A DNA stretch of 40,593 nucleotides, taken from Draconibacterium orientale (GTDB taxonomy: Bacteria; Bacteroidota; Bacteroidia; Bacteroidales; UBA1556). The translations under genes and the position numbers were made by a program. The stretch is taken from positions 1 to 40,593 of the forward strand of contig DZDC01000003.1 in NCBI GenBank assembly GCA_022736595.1, read 5' to 3'. Each line of letters opens with the position of its first letter. Within the stretch, counting starts at the first letter, position 1. Positions 17,502 through 25,754 of the stretch are shown piece by piece. Below the pieces are notes generated by a model. It worked only from the letters and a program-made list of their open reading frames with translations. It was not told the origin of the DNA and searched no databases.

Positions 17502-20096
17502 TTAGTAATCCCTCCAATTTCTACTTCTTTCAAGTTTTAGATCTTGCAACATGGATGCTTTTACTCTGACAGTGAGATTATAGCTTTTTCTGGGCCCAAT
17601 TGGAATCCAATTGAACAACATTTCCCAGCAATGCATATCGCGATATATATCCACCGACGTGAAACTTAAATTATTAGCTACAAAATCCCAACCTGTAGTG
17701 GCTCCTATCTTCCATTTCTCCGTTACATTGAGACTGCCAGAAAAACCAAGCGTTTGCACTACTTTTTGGTCGTAGATATCCTTGGTAGCATTATAGGTAT
17801 TGGTAAATCTAAAGGTATAATTAAGATTGAAATTCCAAATATTGTCGAAGATTGCAGGCCTTGCTGTTATTGGTTTTTCTGAGCTCTTTTTTTCTTTATT
17901 TCCAATATCTGAACTGCTAAGCTGGTAATTGAAGCTAACATTGTAGTCGTCTCCATTTTTGCGCAGGAAACCTTGACCTGCATCCCAATTGAAAACATTA
18001 ATTCTTTTACCAATCGAATCCCTTGCATAGAAATCCCAAGTGCCTGAATAAGTTACATTTAAACCTTTAAATATAACCGTTCTGCCTTGAACTGAAAGCG
18101 GGGCCAAGGCAAATTCTTTTGCTGCCAAATTATAGCTCGTTCTCACTGATAAGCTTTCGATGATTTTAATTTTTTTAACCCCAGTTATCGTATCTTTCTT
18201 TGAGTTTACCTTCATTTCAAGATTATTATCAATAGACAACCCGATACTTCCCGATTTGCCATCGGGAGGGCTCCCATACATTTGACCTTCAAACATGCTG
18301 TACCGGATGGTATCACCATTTTTATCAACATATTCTTGATAATAATTGAAAGGACTGGATCCAAAATCGGGCCTGTAATTGAAACTCAACGAAGGAGATA
18401 CCACGTGCCTTATGGCTTTTACAGGTCCTTTTTTAATCATATACATTCCGTAGATGCGGGTATTAATTGAAGAATTGTAATCAAATTGATGTGCAGCTTT
18501 AAACCCATCGTTAACATTGGTTACCAAATGGGGAGCGATGGTATCGGTACCTTCGAATACGGTATCGTTTTGCCAATATTTTTCAACGGTACTGAAGTAC
18601 CAATATTCTTTAAAATTAATCGAGTTGGTCCAGTTAAAACTCCCCAATGGAATGCTGCTACTAATGGGAATGCTGTGTTGAATTCCTTTATCAAAGTCTT
18701 TAAAAGTGGTGTACTTAAACAACGAATCTTGTACGTCAAGGGTATTTTTTGAGTCCATGGTGTAAGAGAGGCTAATGTTTTCGTACCATTTGCGTGGACC
18801 TATGGGTTTTTTTCGAGCCAAGGGTTTGAATCGAGGAGTGCTAAAGGAGATTTGTGGCAACGTTAAGTTGATGATTCCAGTTTGCGTATTTTGTGAGTGG
18901 TTGAGACTTCCTGTAAAATTATAACCCTTGCCAAGCGTTGCATTATAAGAAACACTCGATTGAAAAGTATTGGTAAGATAATCGTTGGTATTGGTAGAGT
19001 TAAGTTGATTGTGCTGGGTACTTCCCATATTGACATTGGCCGAAAACCGACTGTATGGATTGGCTTTGGCATCCTGGTCGTGTCGCCAACGTATGAAAAA
19101 CGAATGATCTTGACTATAAGGTGGATTAGAGATGCTATCGTAACGTCGCATATCGGTTTCGCCATAATAATTGTTGGCATATTGTAGGTCGATATTTCCA
19201 TTTCCATGGTATCGGAAATTATATCTTGATTGGGCTTTTAATCCCCAACTGCCTCTGGAATAGATATCGGCTCTAAGTGCGAGATCAGCATGTTGACCCA
19301 AACCCCAGTAATAACCACCGTTGGTTAAATTATATCCACGATTTTCTGCATAACCATAGGAAGGAATAAGAATTCCGTTGGACCTTTTTTTGGAATTGGG
19401 AATTAACCCAAAGGGAAGGACGATAGGAAGGGGAATACCTTCTATCTCCATGTAAATGGGGCCAGTAACAATCTTATCGTTAGGTATAATTTTGCCTTTT
19501 TTAAATTTTACACTATAATGGGGATGAGGCAAATCGCAGGTTGAGAAATAACCGTTTTGAACGTAGGTGATGTTGTCAGTCATTTTCTTACCTTTATCTA
19601 TATAAACGTTGATTTCGCCTTCTTTTCTGGTAACCCCGGAAATAATTCCTTTTTTAGTGTTAAAATTATAAAAGATAGTCGTGGTATTGTAAGTATCACC
19701 ATGGTCGGTAAATTGTGGAAGTCCAGAATTAACGCCATTACTGTCGGGTAAGCCTTGAGCAAAAACAGTATTGTTGGCAAAATCGATTTCAATATATTTT
19801 GCCACCAGCACTATTCCATCATACTCAATACTGGCTTCGTTGTATAAGTAAGCTTTTTGGTTTTGCTTGTCCATTATAAGACTATCCAGAGCAGAGTATT
19901 TGGCCTCGGTCACGAGGTTAATAGGTTTGCTATTCTTCTTTTTGGGGCTAAACCGCGCTGAATCTGTTAATAGCCTCGATTCGACATTGGTAATGATTTG
20001 TTCGGTTTGTGCTCGTAGGTAAAATGGAGGTATTAATACTAATATGCTTATTATTAGTATTTTATATAGGTAAGATGTTGATAATTTCGTTAACAA
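17502..20096 (-). CDS. lptD: LptD-like LPS-assembly outer-membrane protein (Bacteroidota type)
   Basis: 864 aa with a signal peptide ending RAQ, an OstA-like N-terminal region and a long beta-strand-rich, Y/N/G-rich body. It is divergent from the amidase gene, as in many Bacteroidota. It has an apparent TTG start. Confidence 0.65.
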   Translation of the reverse strand: MLTKLSTSYLYKILIISILVLIPPFYLRAQTEQIITNVESRLLTDSARFSPKKKNSKPINLVTEAKYSALDSLIMDKQNQKAYLYNEASIEYDGIVLVAKYIEIDFANNTVFAQGLPDSNGVNSGLPQFTDHGDTYNTTTIFYNFNTKKGIISGVTRKEGEINVYIDKGKKMTDNITYVQNGYFSTCDLPHPHYSVKFKKGKIIPNDKIVTGPIYMEIEGIPLPIVLPFGLIPNSKKRSNGILIPSYGYAENRGYNLTNGGYYWGLGQHADLALRADIYSRGSWGLKAQSRYNFRYHGNGNIDLQYANNYYGETDMRRYDSISNPPYSQDHSFFIRWRHDQDAKANPYSRFSANVNMGSTQHNQLNSTNTNDYLTNTFQSSVSYNATLGKGYNFTGSLNHSQNTQTGIINLTLPQISFSTPRFKPLARKKPIGPRKWYENISLSYTMDSKNTLDVQDSLFKYTTFKDFDKGIQHSIPISSSIPLGSFNWTNSINFKEYWYFSTVEKYWQNDTVFEGTDTIAPHLVTNVNDGFKAAHQFDYNSSINTRIYGMYMIKKGPVKAIRHVVSPSLSFNYRPDFGSSPFNYYQEYVDKNGDTIRYSMFEGQMYGSPPDGKSGSIGLSIDNNLEMKVNSKKDTITGVKKIKIIESLSVRTSYNLAAKEFALAPLSVQGRTVIFKGLNVTYSGTWDFYARDSIGKRINVFNWDAGQGFLRKNGDDYNVSFNYQLSSSDIGNKEKKSSEKPITARPAIFDNIWNFNLNYTFRFTNTYNATKDIYDQKVVQTLGFSGSLNVTEKWKIGATTGWDFVANNLSFTSVDIYRDMHCWEMLFNWIPIGPRKSYNLTVRVKASMLQDLKLERSRNWRDY

Positions 20097-20134
20097 TTTA
20101 CTGTTCTTGAGTATTTGTAGTGTGATCTACAGAC

Positions 20135-20157
20135 TAATTTTGTTAGATGCAAAAGTA
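20135..20157. promoter_or_regulatory. Two opposed -7 boxes forming a near-palindrome (TAATTTTG-N7-CAAAAGTA)
   Basis: The plus-strand box lies at 20135-20142 and the minus-strand box TACTTTTG at 20150-20157, in the lptD/amidase divergent spacer. 7 of 8 positions are self-complementary. Confidence 0.3.
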
Positions 20158-20268
20158 AACCTTATAGAATTGGTATCAAAACATAAAATCTTAATGTCAT
20201 TTAAACGTTGATTATGTTACTTATTGCACGATTATTGAATTAAGAATGGGGTTTTAAAAAATAGTAAG

Positions 20269-21420
20269 ATGGTAAATATCATAAGAATTTTAATTTGGGT
20301 ATTTGTGTTTACAGCTTTAAAGGGAAGCCTTAATGCACAGAATTTTTCAAAAGTAGATCGGGTGGTTATCGATGCTGGGCATGGAGGAAAGGACTCCGGT
20401 GCCAAAGGCAGAAGCACTCTTGAAAAGGAAATTGCGCTTTCCGTGGCCTTGAAGGTGGGTAAACTAATTAACCAAAATTTACAAGATGTTGAGGTGGTTT
20501 ATACACGCAAAACGGATGTTTTTATAGAGCTTTTTAAGCGTGCCGAAATTGCCAATAAAGCTAAAGCCGACCTTTTTATTTCCATTCATTGCAATTCCAC
20601 AACAGGTCCTTCTGCCATTGGAACAGAGGTTTGGGTTTTAGGAACTCACCGATCCGAAAAAAATTTGGAAGTAGCTAAAAAGGAAAATTCTGCAATTCTC
20701 TTGGAAGCTGATTATTCTAAAAATTACGATAATTTTGATCCTAACAGCCCCGAATCGTACATTACTTTATCACTTATTCAAGGAGCCTATCGCGAGCAAA
20801 GCATTTCCTTCGCTGATGATATTCAAAACCAGTTTACCCAAAATCTACGTCGACACGATCGTGGAGTGAAAGAAGCTGGATTTCTTGTATTGGTTTATAC
20901 CACCATGCCTGGGGTATTGGTGGAATTGGGTTTTTTATCTAACCCTACTGAAGAAAAGTACTTGGATTCTGAAACGGGTCAAGAACAGCTTGCACTGGCT
21001 ATTTATCAAGCTTTTAGAAAATACAAAATGTCAATTGAAGGAAGTAATGAAGGACAACCTGAACCTATTATCCCTGTTCAAGTTGAGAGTAAGAAAGCGG
21101 TTGACTCTGCAAAGGTTATTAATGATAGTTTAAGTTCTGGAGCTACTTGCTATGCAGTCCAGTTTACAACCCGCACCAAATCAGTTTCCATTTCAAAAAG
21201 TTTTCCTTCCATTGAGGATGTTTGGTATTACGAACAGAGCAAGATATTTAAATACGTCAGTGGGCACTATAAATCTTTAGATGAGGCCAATGATGCATTG
21301 AAAAAAATAAAGCAAAAGAATTATTCCGATGCTTTTGTTGTAGCATTTATTGAAGGAAAACGGGTAAGCAAGGAAGAATTACAGAAATATCTAAATACAA
21401 AAAGTGAGAAAAGGAAGTAG
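20269..21420 (+). CDS. N-acetylmuramoyl-L-alanine amidase (Amidase_3) with C-terminal SPOR-like domain
   Basis: 383 aa with a signal peptide and the motifs VIDAGHGGKDSGA, ISIHCNS and ELGFLSNPTEE. The C-terminal roughly 80 aa (YAVQF...DAFVVAF) looks SPOR-like. Confidence 0.9.
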   Translation: MVNIIRILIWVFVFTALKGSLNAQNFSKVDRVVIDAGHGGKDSGAKGRSTLEKEIALSVALKVGKLINQNLQDVEVVYTRKTDVFIELFKRAEIANKAKADLFISIHCNSTTGPSAIGTEVWVLGTHRSEKNLEVAKKENSAILLEADYSKNYDNFDPNSPESYITLSLIQGAYREQSISFADDIQNQFTQNLRRHDRGVKEAGFLVLVYTTMPGVLVELGFLSNPTEEKYLDSETGQEQLALAIYQAFRKYKMSIEGSNEGQPEPIIPVQVESKKAVDSAKVINDSLSSGATCYAVQFTTRTKSVSISKSFPSIEDVWYYEQSKIFKYVSGHYKSLDEANDALKKIKQKNYSDAFVVAFIEGKRVSKEELQKYLNTKSEKRK

Positions 21421-21570
21421 ATTGGATTGTCATCATTTTGAGGTATTTTTGTAAAGTTAAAAGATTTAGTAAAATCTGCTAACTGATAGCTTTGGAATAG
21501 TGAAAAAAGCACTTATAAAGGCTTGATCTCGATTGGCTTCAGCGAGCGGAAAACATTCAAATAGTAAAAC

Positions 21571-22572
21571 ATGAAATTAAGGAAAGAATTTATCATAGGT
21601 GTTTTGGCAAGTTTTACACTCGTTGCTTTTTATTGGGGTTTTTCGTATTTAAAAGGGAATGACCTATTTTCTGATGAGTCGGAATTTGAGTTGGTTTATG
21701 AAAAAGTAGCTGGTTTAACGGAGTCTAATCCTGTAACTCTTAATGGAGTAAAAATTGGAAGTGTGAGCCTTGTTGAATTTATTACTAATGATCCCAATGC
21801 TCGAGTAAGGGTAAAAATTAAAATAAGTGACCCCAAAGTTAAAATACCAGATCAATCTTTGGCTATTATCAAAAGCGACCTTTTAGGAGTAAATAGTATT
21901 GAAATTCAACTGAGACCATCGAAGCGTTTTGCTGAATCAGGTGATACACTTGCCACCTCGGTTGCCACTACCATTCAAGAAGAAGTGAGTATGCAAATGT
22001 TGCCCATTAAGGCAAAAGCTGAAGAAATGATGGCGAGCATCGACTCTGTGTTGAATGCCATAAAATATATTTTTAATTCTGAAACCCAATTGCGTTTGGC
22101 GGCAACGTTTAAAAGCATTCAACTGACCATTGAAAACCTTGAAAGTTCAAGTGTAGGTTTAGATACTCTTATTAAAACCCAAGGCAAAAGAGTTGCCCGT
22201 ATATTCTCCAATGTGGAGTCTATCACTGCCAATCTTGAAAATAGTAATCAGCAGATTTCTAATATCATAGGTAATTTTTCGAACTTAAGCGATAGTTTAA
22301 CCAAGATTAATATAGCATCAACCATAGCCAATCTGGATGAATCAATAAGTGATTTTAAAATTGTCATGGATAAAATTGAAAGAGGGGAAGGTACTTTGGG
22401 TCAATTAGTAAATAATGATACTTTGTATAATGAGCTAGAAGCAGCAAGTAGGGAGTTACATATATTGTTGGAAGATATTAAGTTAAATCCAAAACGTTAC
22501 GTTCGTGTTTCGGTTTTTGGCGGTAAGAATAACGATTCGTATGTAGCTCCTTCCGATGCGAAAAAGCCGTAA
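21571..22572 (+). CDS. mlaD: MlaD/MCE-domain protein (phospholipid transport family)
   Basis: 333 aa with an N-terminal TM anchor, an MCE domain (NPVTLNGVKIGSV) and a long helical C-terminal region. Confidence 0.8.
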   Translation: MKLRKEFIIGVLASFTLVAFYWGFSYLKGNDLFSDESEFELVYEKVAGLTESNPVTLNGVKIGSVSLVEFITNDPNARVRVKIKISDPKVKIPDQSLAIIKSDLLGVNSIEIQLRPSKRFAESGDTLATSVATTIQEEVSMQMLPIKAKAEEMMASIDSVLNAIKYIFNSETQLRLAATFKSIQLTIENLESSSVGLDTLIKTQGKRVARIFSNVESITANLENSNQQISNIIGNFSNLSDSLTKINIASTIANLDESISDFKIVMDKIERGEGTLGQLVNNDTLYNELEAASRELHILLEDIKLNPKRYVRVSVFGGKNNDSYVAPSDAKKP

Positions 22573-22684
22573 ACATAGATTAAATCAACTAAATATGGTA
22601 TTGCCTTCAAGGTATTGGGTTTTAAAATGAAATGGTCTGATATTTATTTGATTGCATCAATTCAGTAAATTTTGGTGGAATAAC

Positions 22685-22715
22685 AAAAAAAAGGGAAGCT
22701 TTTTAAGCTTCCCTT
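22685..22715 (-). terminator. Rho-independent terminator of the channel/TAXI transcription unit
   Basis: 11-bp stem aagggaagctt/aagcttccctt with a 3-nt loop. On the minus strand it is followed by T8. It lies 22 nt after the stop at 22737. Confidence 0.8.
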
Positions 22716-22736
22716 AATGTTTTGTGTGGTGGTTGT

Positions 22737-23837
22737 TTAATATACTTTAAGTGCAGCGGGGTAATATTCCCAATCGATGGTTTCATCCTTAGTAAAAGTT
22801 ACGTTTTTCCAATTGCTATGGTAACCAGGGTTGTCTTTATTTGCTTTTATGGCTTCAAGAAGTTTTACAATATCAGCCTCAATTTCAGGTGTTTGACCAG
22901 CTAAAGAGGTTACCAATAATGATTTTACAGCGTAAGTTTCTACATTTTCACTAAGCCATTTATAATCTTCTGTGGTAATGGTCACTCTTTGGTAAGCACG
23001 ATCAAGCTTTTCATTTTGTGGAATGCTTACAATAGTAATTTTATCACGCATAGTTACTGAAATACTGGCTAAATCTTTCACAGGCTTTGCACCAACATAG
23101 AAGAATGCATCGATGGTTTCGTTGAATAGGGCTTTTATCGCTTTGTCAAAAGGAATTTCAACGTCTTCCCATTTAGAACCTGTAACTTCTTTGATGTATT
23201 TAGCAGTAACATTAGTTCCCATCAAGCTAGATCCTATACCTACTTTTTTACCTTTTAAGTCAGCGAAAGTAGTAATTCCTTTTTTGCCGTCGGGTTTAAG
23301 AGTGATAATGTGAATTTGCTCAGTGCCTAAAGGAAGAAGCACACGAATGGATTCCGCTTTTTTGTATTGGCGTTTAATATCCTGCATGGCTTCATAAAGC
23401 AATACGTCGTATTGAATAAAGGAAATATCCACATCTGATTTTGTGATTTTTAAGAAGTTATAATAACTTCCTTCGCTGGTGAGCACATTTAGAAAATCAA
23501 CGGTATCACCGGTGCTAATTTGTTCGGTTTTTTCCTCCATTTTAACTGGACCAGGTACTCCAGGTTCTTCTGATTTTTCACGCAATGTGTCGCCTTTAGG
23601 TCCAAGAACGGGTACTTGGTAGGTTTTTGTTTCCATTTTTGTAGTGCCGTACAGCTTTCGGGTCATTTTCTGCATGTCCAATGCCATTTGGTAATTGGAG
23701 CCTCCTTTAAAACCGCTAACAATAGTTAGTTTTGAACCGCCACGATCATTTTCCCCTTCGCCTTGTGCATATGCCATTGTATTGAAAGTTACAAACATTA
23801 TGAGCAATGCTGTCAAATAAGTAAGTGTTTTTTTCAT
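22737..23837 (-). CDS. Secreted TAXI-family (TRAP-associated) solute-binding protein, orphan
   Basis: 366 aa with a signal peptide ending AYAQ. It shares TAXI-like motifs with 837..2708 (see that entry). A Pro/Glu/Lys-rich insertion at about residues 60-110 is absent from the paralogue. No DctQM gene is in the window. Confidence 0.8.
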   Translation of the reverse strand: MKKTLTYLTALLIMFVTFNTMAYAQGEGENDRGGSKLTIVSGFKGGSNYQMALDMQKMTRKLYGTTKMETKTYQVPVLGPKGDTLREKSEEPGVPGPVKMEEKTEQISTGDTVDFLNVLTSEGSYYNFLKITKSDVDISFIQYDVLLYEAMQDIKRQYKKAESIRVLLPLGTEQIHIITLKPDGKKGITTFADLKGKKVGIGSSLMGTNVTAKYIKEVTGSKWEDVEIPFDKAIKALFNETIDAFFYVGAKPVKDLASISVTMRDKITIVSIPQNEKLDRAYQRVTITTEDYKWLSENVETYAVKSLLVTSLAGQTPEIEADIVKLLEAIKANKDNPGYHSNWKNVTFTKDETIDWEYYPAALKVY

Positions 23838-23884
23838 AAAGTTATTATTTAAGTTTTGGTTTAGATTGCTATTCTAAGAACAAA

Positions 23885-23892
23885 CAAATGTA
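23885..23892 (-). promoter_or_regulatory. Possible internal -7 box TACATTTG ahead of the TAXI gene
   Basis: Plus-strand caaatgta lies 12 nt after the channel stop and about 48 nt before the ATG at 23837. It overlaps a 7-bp inverted repeat, tattcta/tagaata. Confidence 0.3.
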
Positions 23893-23903
23893 GAATATTT
23901 TGT

Positions 23904-24971
23904 TTAATTATCGCAACATTTTTTTCCTTCTTTTATTCCAAAAAGTTTCTCCACCCTAGCTTTACTTTTTCCAGCTACCATAATAATTAAATAATCACCC
24001 AATTCAATCATGGTTTCGGACCGCGCGTTTACATGTAGTTTTGAAACGTTATTAATTTTTTTAACAATGCCAAGAAGTACAATGTTGTACTTAAGCTTAA
24101 GGCTTACGAAGGCATCGTCGTAGTTTTTATTTAAAAAAGGATTGTTTTCAGTTACCAGATATTGCTGATTATCAAAGTCATCGGCATGCGTAGCAGCTCC
24201 CATCAGGTCGATGTTTAAATCGGCAACATCGGGCTCAAAAACATAGCTGGCAACCAGTTTTGAAGCTATTACATTGCGTGCAACCACGTGAGCTACACCT
24301 GCAGCAATAAATGTATCGGTCAGCCTGTGATCACTTATACTTACCACAAGGTTGGGCTTTGGGAATTTCTTTTTAAAATTGATGGAGTAAATCAAAGATT
24401 CAGTGTCATCTCGAAATGCAAAAAATACGGTTGCGCTATCGTTGGGATTGGCCTTACTTATTGCATCAAGATTATTATGGTCGGCATAAAGAACAAACAT
24501 ATTCTCTTTCCCAAACTCTTCATAAATCAAGTCAACTTCATCTTTGTTGTTGGTAACAATTGCCACTTGTCTTGCGGCAGCTGTAAGCTCATGCACCACC
24601 ATTTTGGAAAAATCATTCCAACCTATGCACACAATATGGTTCGTAAAATTCGTACCGCGATAACCTAATTTGTTTTCTTGTATCATATTCATAATTATAC
24701 TTGACATACTACTAATAAACGTTCCTAAAACAAAAACACTTGATAAAACAAAGAGATAGCCAATGCTTTTACCGATAAATGTGTGAGGAGTATAATCTCC
24801 ATAACCCACGGAGGTAAGGGTAACCAAGGTGTACCATACTGCGTTTTCAAAGCTTTGAATGGTGCTGCTAGGGTTGCCACGTTCAGCAAGAAAAAGAAAT
24901 AAATCAAGCAAAATAAGGATTGCCAGACCTGTAATGCCAATAATAAGTAGTTTTTTAACCCGTCTGTGCAT
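23904..24971 (-). CDS. 2-TM potassium channel with cytoplasmic RCK (TrkA_N + TrkA_C-like) domains
   Basis: 355 aa. The order is M1 helix, pore helix plus selectivity filter TLTSVGYGD, then M2 helix. A Rossmann-like region follows (HIVCIGWNDFSKMVV, no GxGxxG) and then a C-terminal lobe (ELGDYLIIMVAGKSK). Confidence 0.88.
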   Translation of the reverse strand: MHRRVKKLLIIGITGLAILILLDLFLFLAERGNPSSTIQSFENAVWYTLVTLTSVGYGDYTPHTFIGKSIGYLFVLSSVFVLGTFISSMSSIIMNMIQENKLGYRGTNFTNHIVCIGWNDFSKMVVHELTAAARQVAIVTNNKDEVDLIYEEFGKENMFVLYADHNNLDAISKANPNDSATVFFAFRDDTESLIYSINFKKKFPKPNLVVSISDHRLTDTFIAAGVAHVVARNVIASKLVASYVFEPDVADLNIDLMGAATHADDFDNQQYLVTENNPFLNKNYDDAFVSLKLKYNIVLLGIVKKINNVSKLHVNARSETMIELGDYLIIMVAGKSKARVEKLFGIKEGKKCCDN

Positions 24972-25131
24972 GTGTTTTAGTTGCTGAGTTTTGTGATGTA
25001 AATGTATGGATTTTTATACAATTGTCAACTTTTGAATTAATTTTTTTAAGGGTCATTCAAGAGGTTCTTTCTGACCTTGATCCCTAATTTAATTTAGGTT
25101 TTTTACGTGTTGTATTTCTTGTTATTATTAT

Positions 25132-25139
25132 TATATTTG
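25132..25139 (+). promoter_or_regulatory. -7 box TATATTTG for the TerB-like gene
   Basis: Exact TAnnTTTG about 38 nt upstream of the ATG at 25177, with a TTG 19 nt upstream of the box. Confidence 0.4.
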
Positions 25140-25176
25140 GTCGTTTTTTATGGAACCACATTAATACCACACTTAT

Positions 25177-25569
25177 ATGACAAATAGAATAAACTATAAA
25201 TCAGCATTACTTTACCTCTATTGGTTGATGTCAGGTGCTGATGGAAAGAAAAATTTTGATCCTGACGACCCAGAATGGCGCACCATGAAATTGATGCGGG
25301 ATGAGGAGCAAATTGGAGAAGATGATTTTGACCTCTTCATTAACTCCGATTTGGGGACTTCTGATAATCAGTTGGATTACGTTGTGAAACTATTACAACA
25401 AGTTACTCACGAACAAAAAGTTAGGGCTTTAGCTTGGATGGATTTGGTAATGATTGCGGATGGCGATATCCATAATAAGGAGTATGAACTTTACAATAAA
25501 GTTCGAAATAGGATTGGTGTTGAAGAAGATGAGGTGAAGAAGGAAAAACTAAAACTACCTCGGATTTAA
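25177..25569 (+). CDS. Stand-alone TerB-like domain protein
   Basis: 130 aa, soluble and acidic. It has two helix pairs carrying the ADG signature (LYWLMSGADGKKNFDPDDPEW and LVMIADGDIHNKEYELY). It is divergent from the channel gene. Confidence 0.7.
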   Translation: MTNRINYKSALLYLYWLMSGADGKKNFDPDDPEWRTMKLMRDEEQIGEDDFDLFINSDLGTSDNQLDYVVKLLQQVTHEQKVRALAWMDLVMIADGDIHNKEYELYNKVRNRIGVEEDEVKKEKLKLPRI

Positions 25570-25580
25570 GAATAAACAAA

Positions 25581-25612
25581 AAGGGAGAATTAAAAAATCT
25601 CCCTTTTTTTTG
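25581..25612 (+). terminator. Rho-independent terminator
   Basis: 8-bp stem aagggaga/tctccctt with a 9-nt loop, followed by a T run. It lies 12 nt after the stop at 25569. Confidence 0.8.
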
Positions 25613-25754
25613 TGTAACTTATACCGATGATGCATTCAAAATTGTTCAATTTAGGCTAAGACTCATTGAAATTTTTCAAGCATATCGGCATTGACCATTG
25701 TAAAATTATATTTTAGTTTGGACTAAAACATAAAAACAATTGGTATTACTTATT

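Noticed and set aside
18282-19792. Several 60-114-aa ORFs on both strands inside the lptD-like gene
   Set aside because: All are nested within the 864-aa ORF, either out of frame or antisense, and show no protein-like features.
24288-24668. 126-aa ORF antisense to the potassium channel gene
   Set aside because: It is embedded antisense in a well-supported CDS, with no recognisable domain or promoter.
25049-25085. Imperfect inverted repeat (agggtca...tgatccct) in the channel/TerB divergent spacer
   Set aside because: It needs bulges to pair and is short. It is mentioned within the TerB finding but is not strong enough to call as an operator feature.
25711-25728. AT-only hairpin ttttagt-ttgg-actaaaa downstream of lepB
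   Set aside because: The stem is 7 bp with only one GC pair and lacks a clear T-tract on the relevant strand, so it is too weak to call a terminator.
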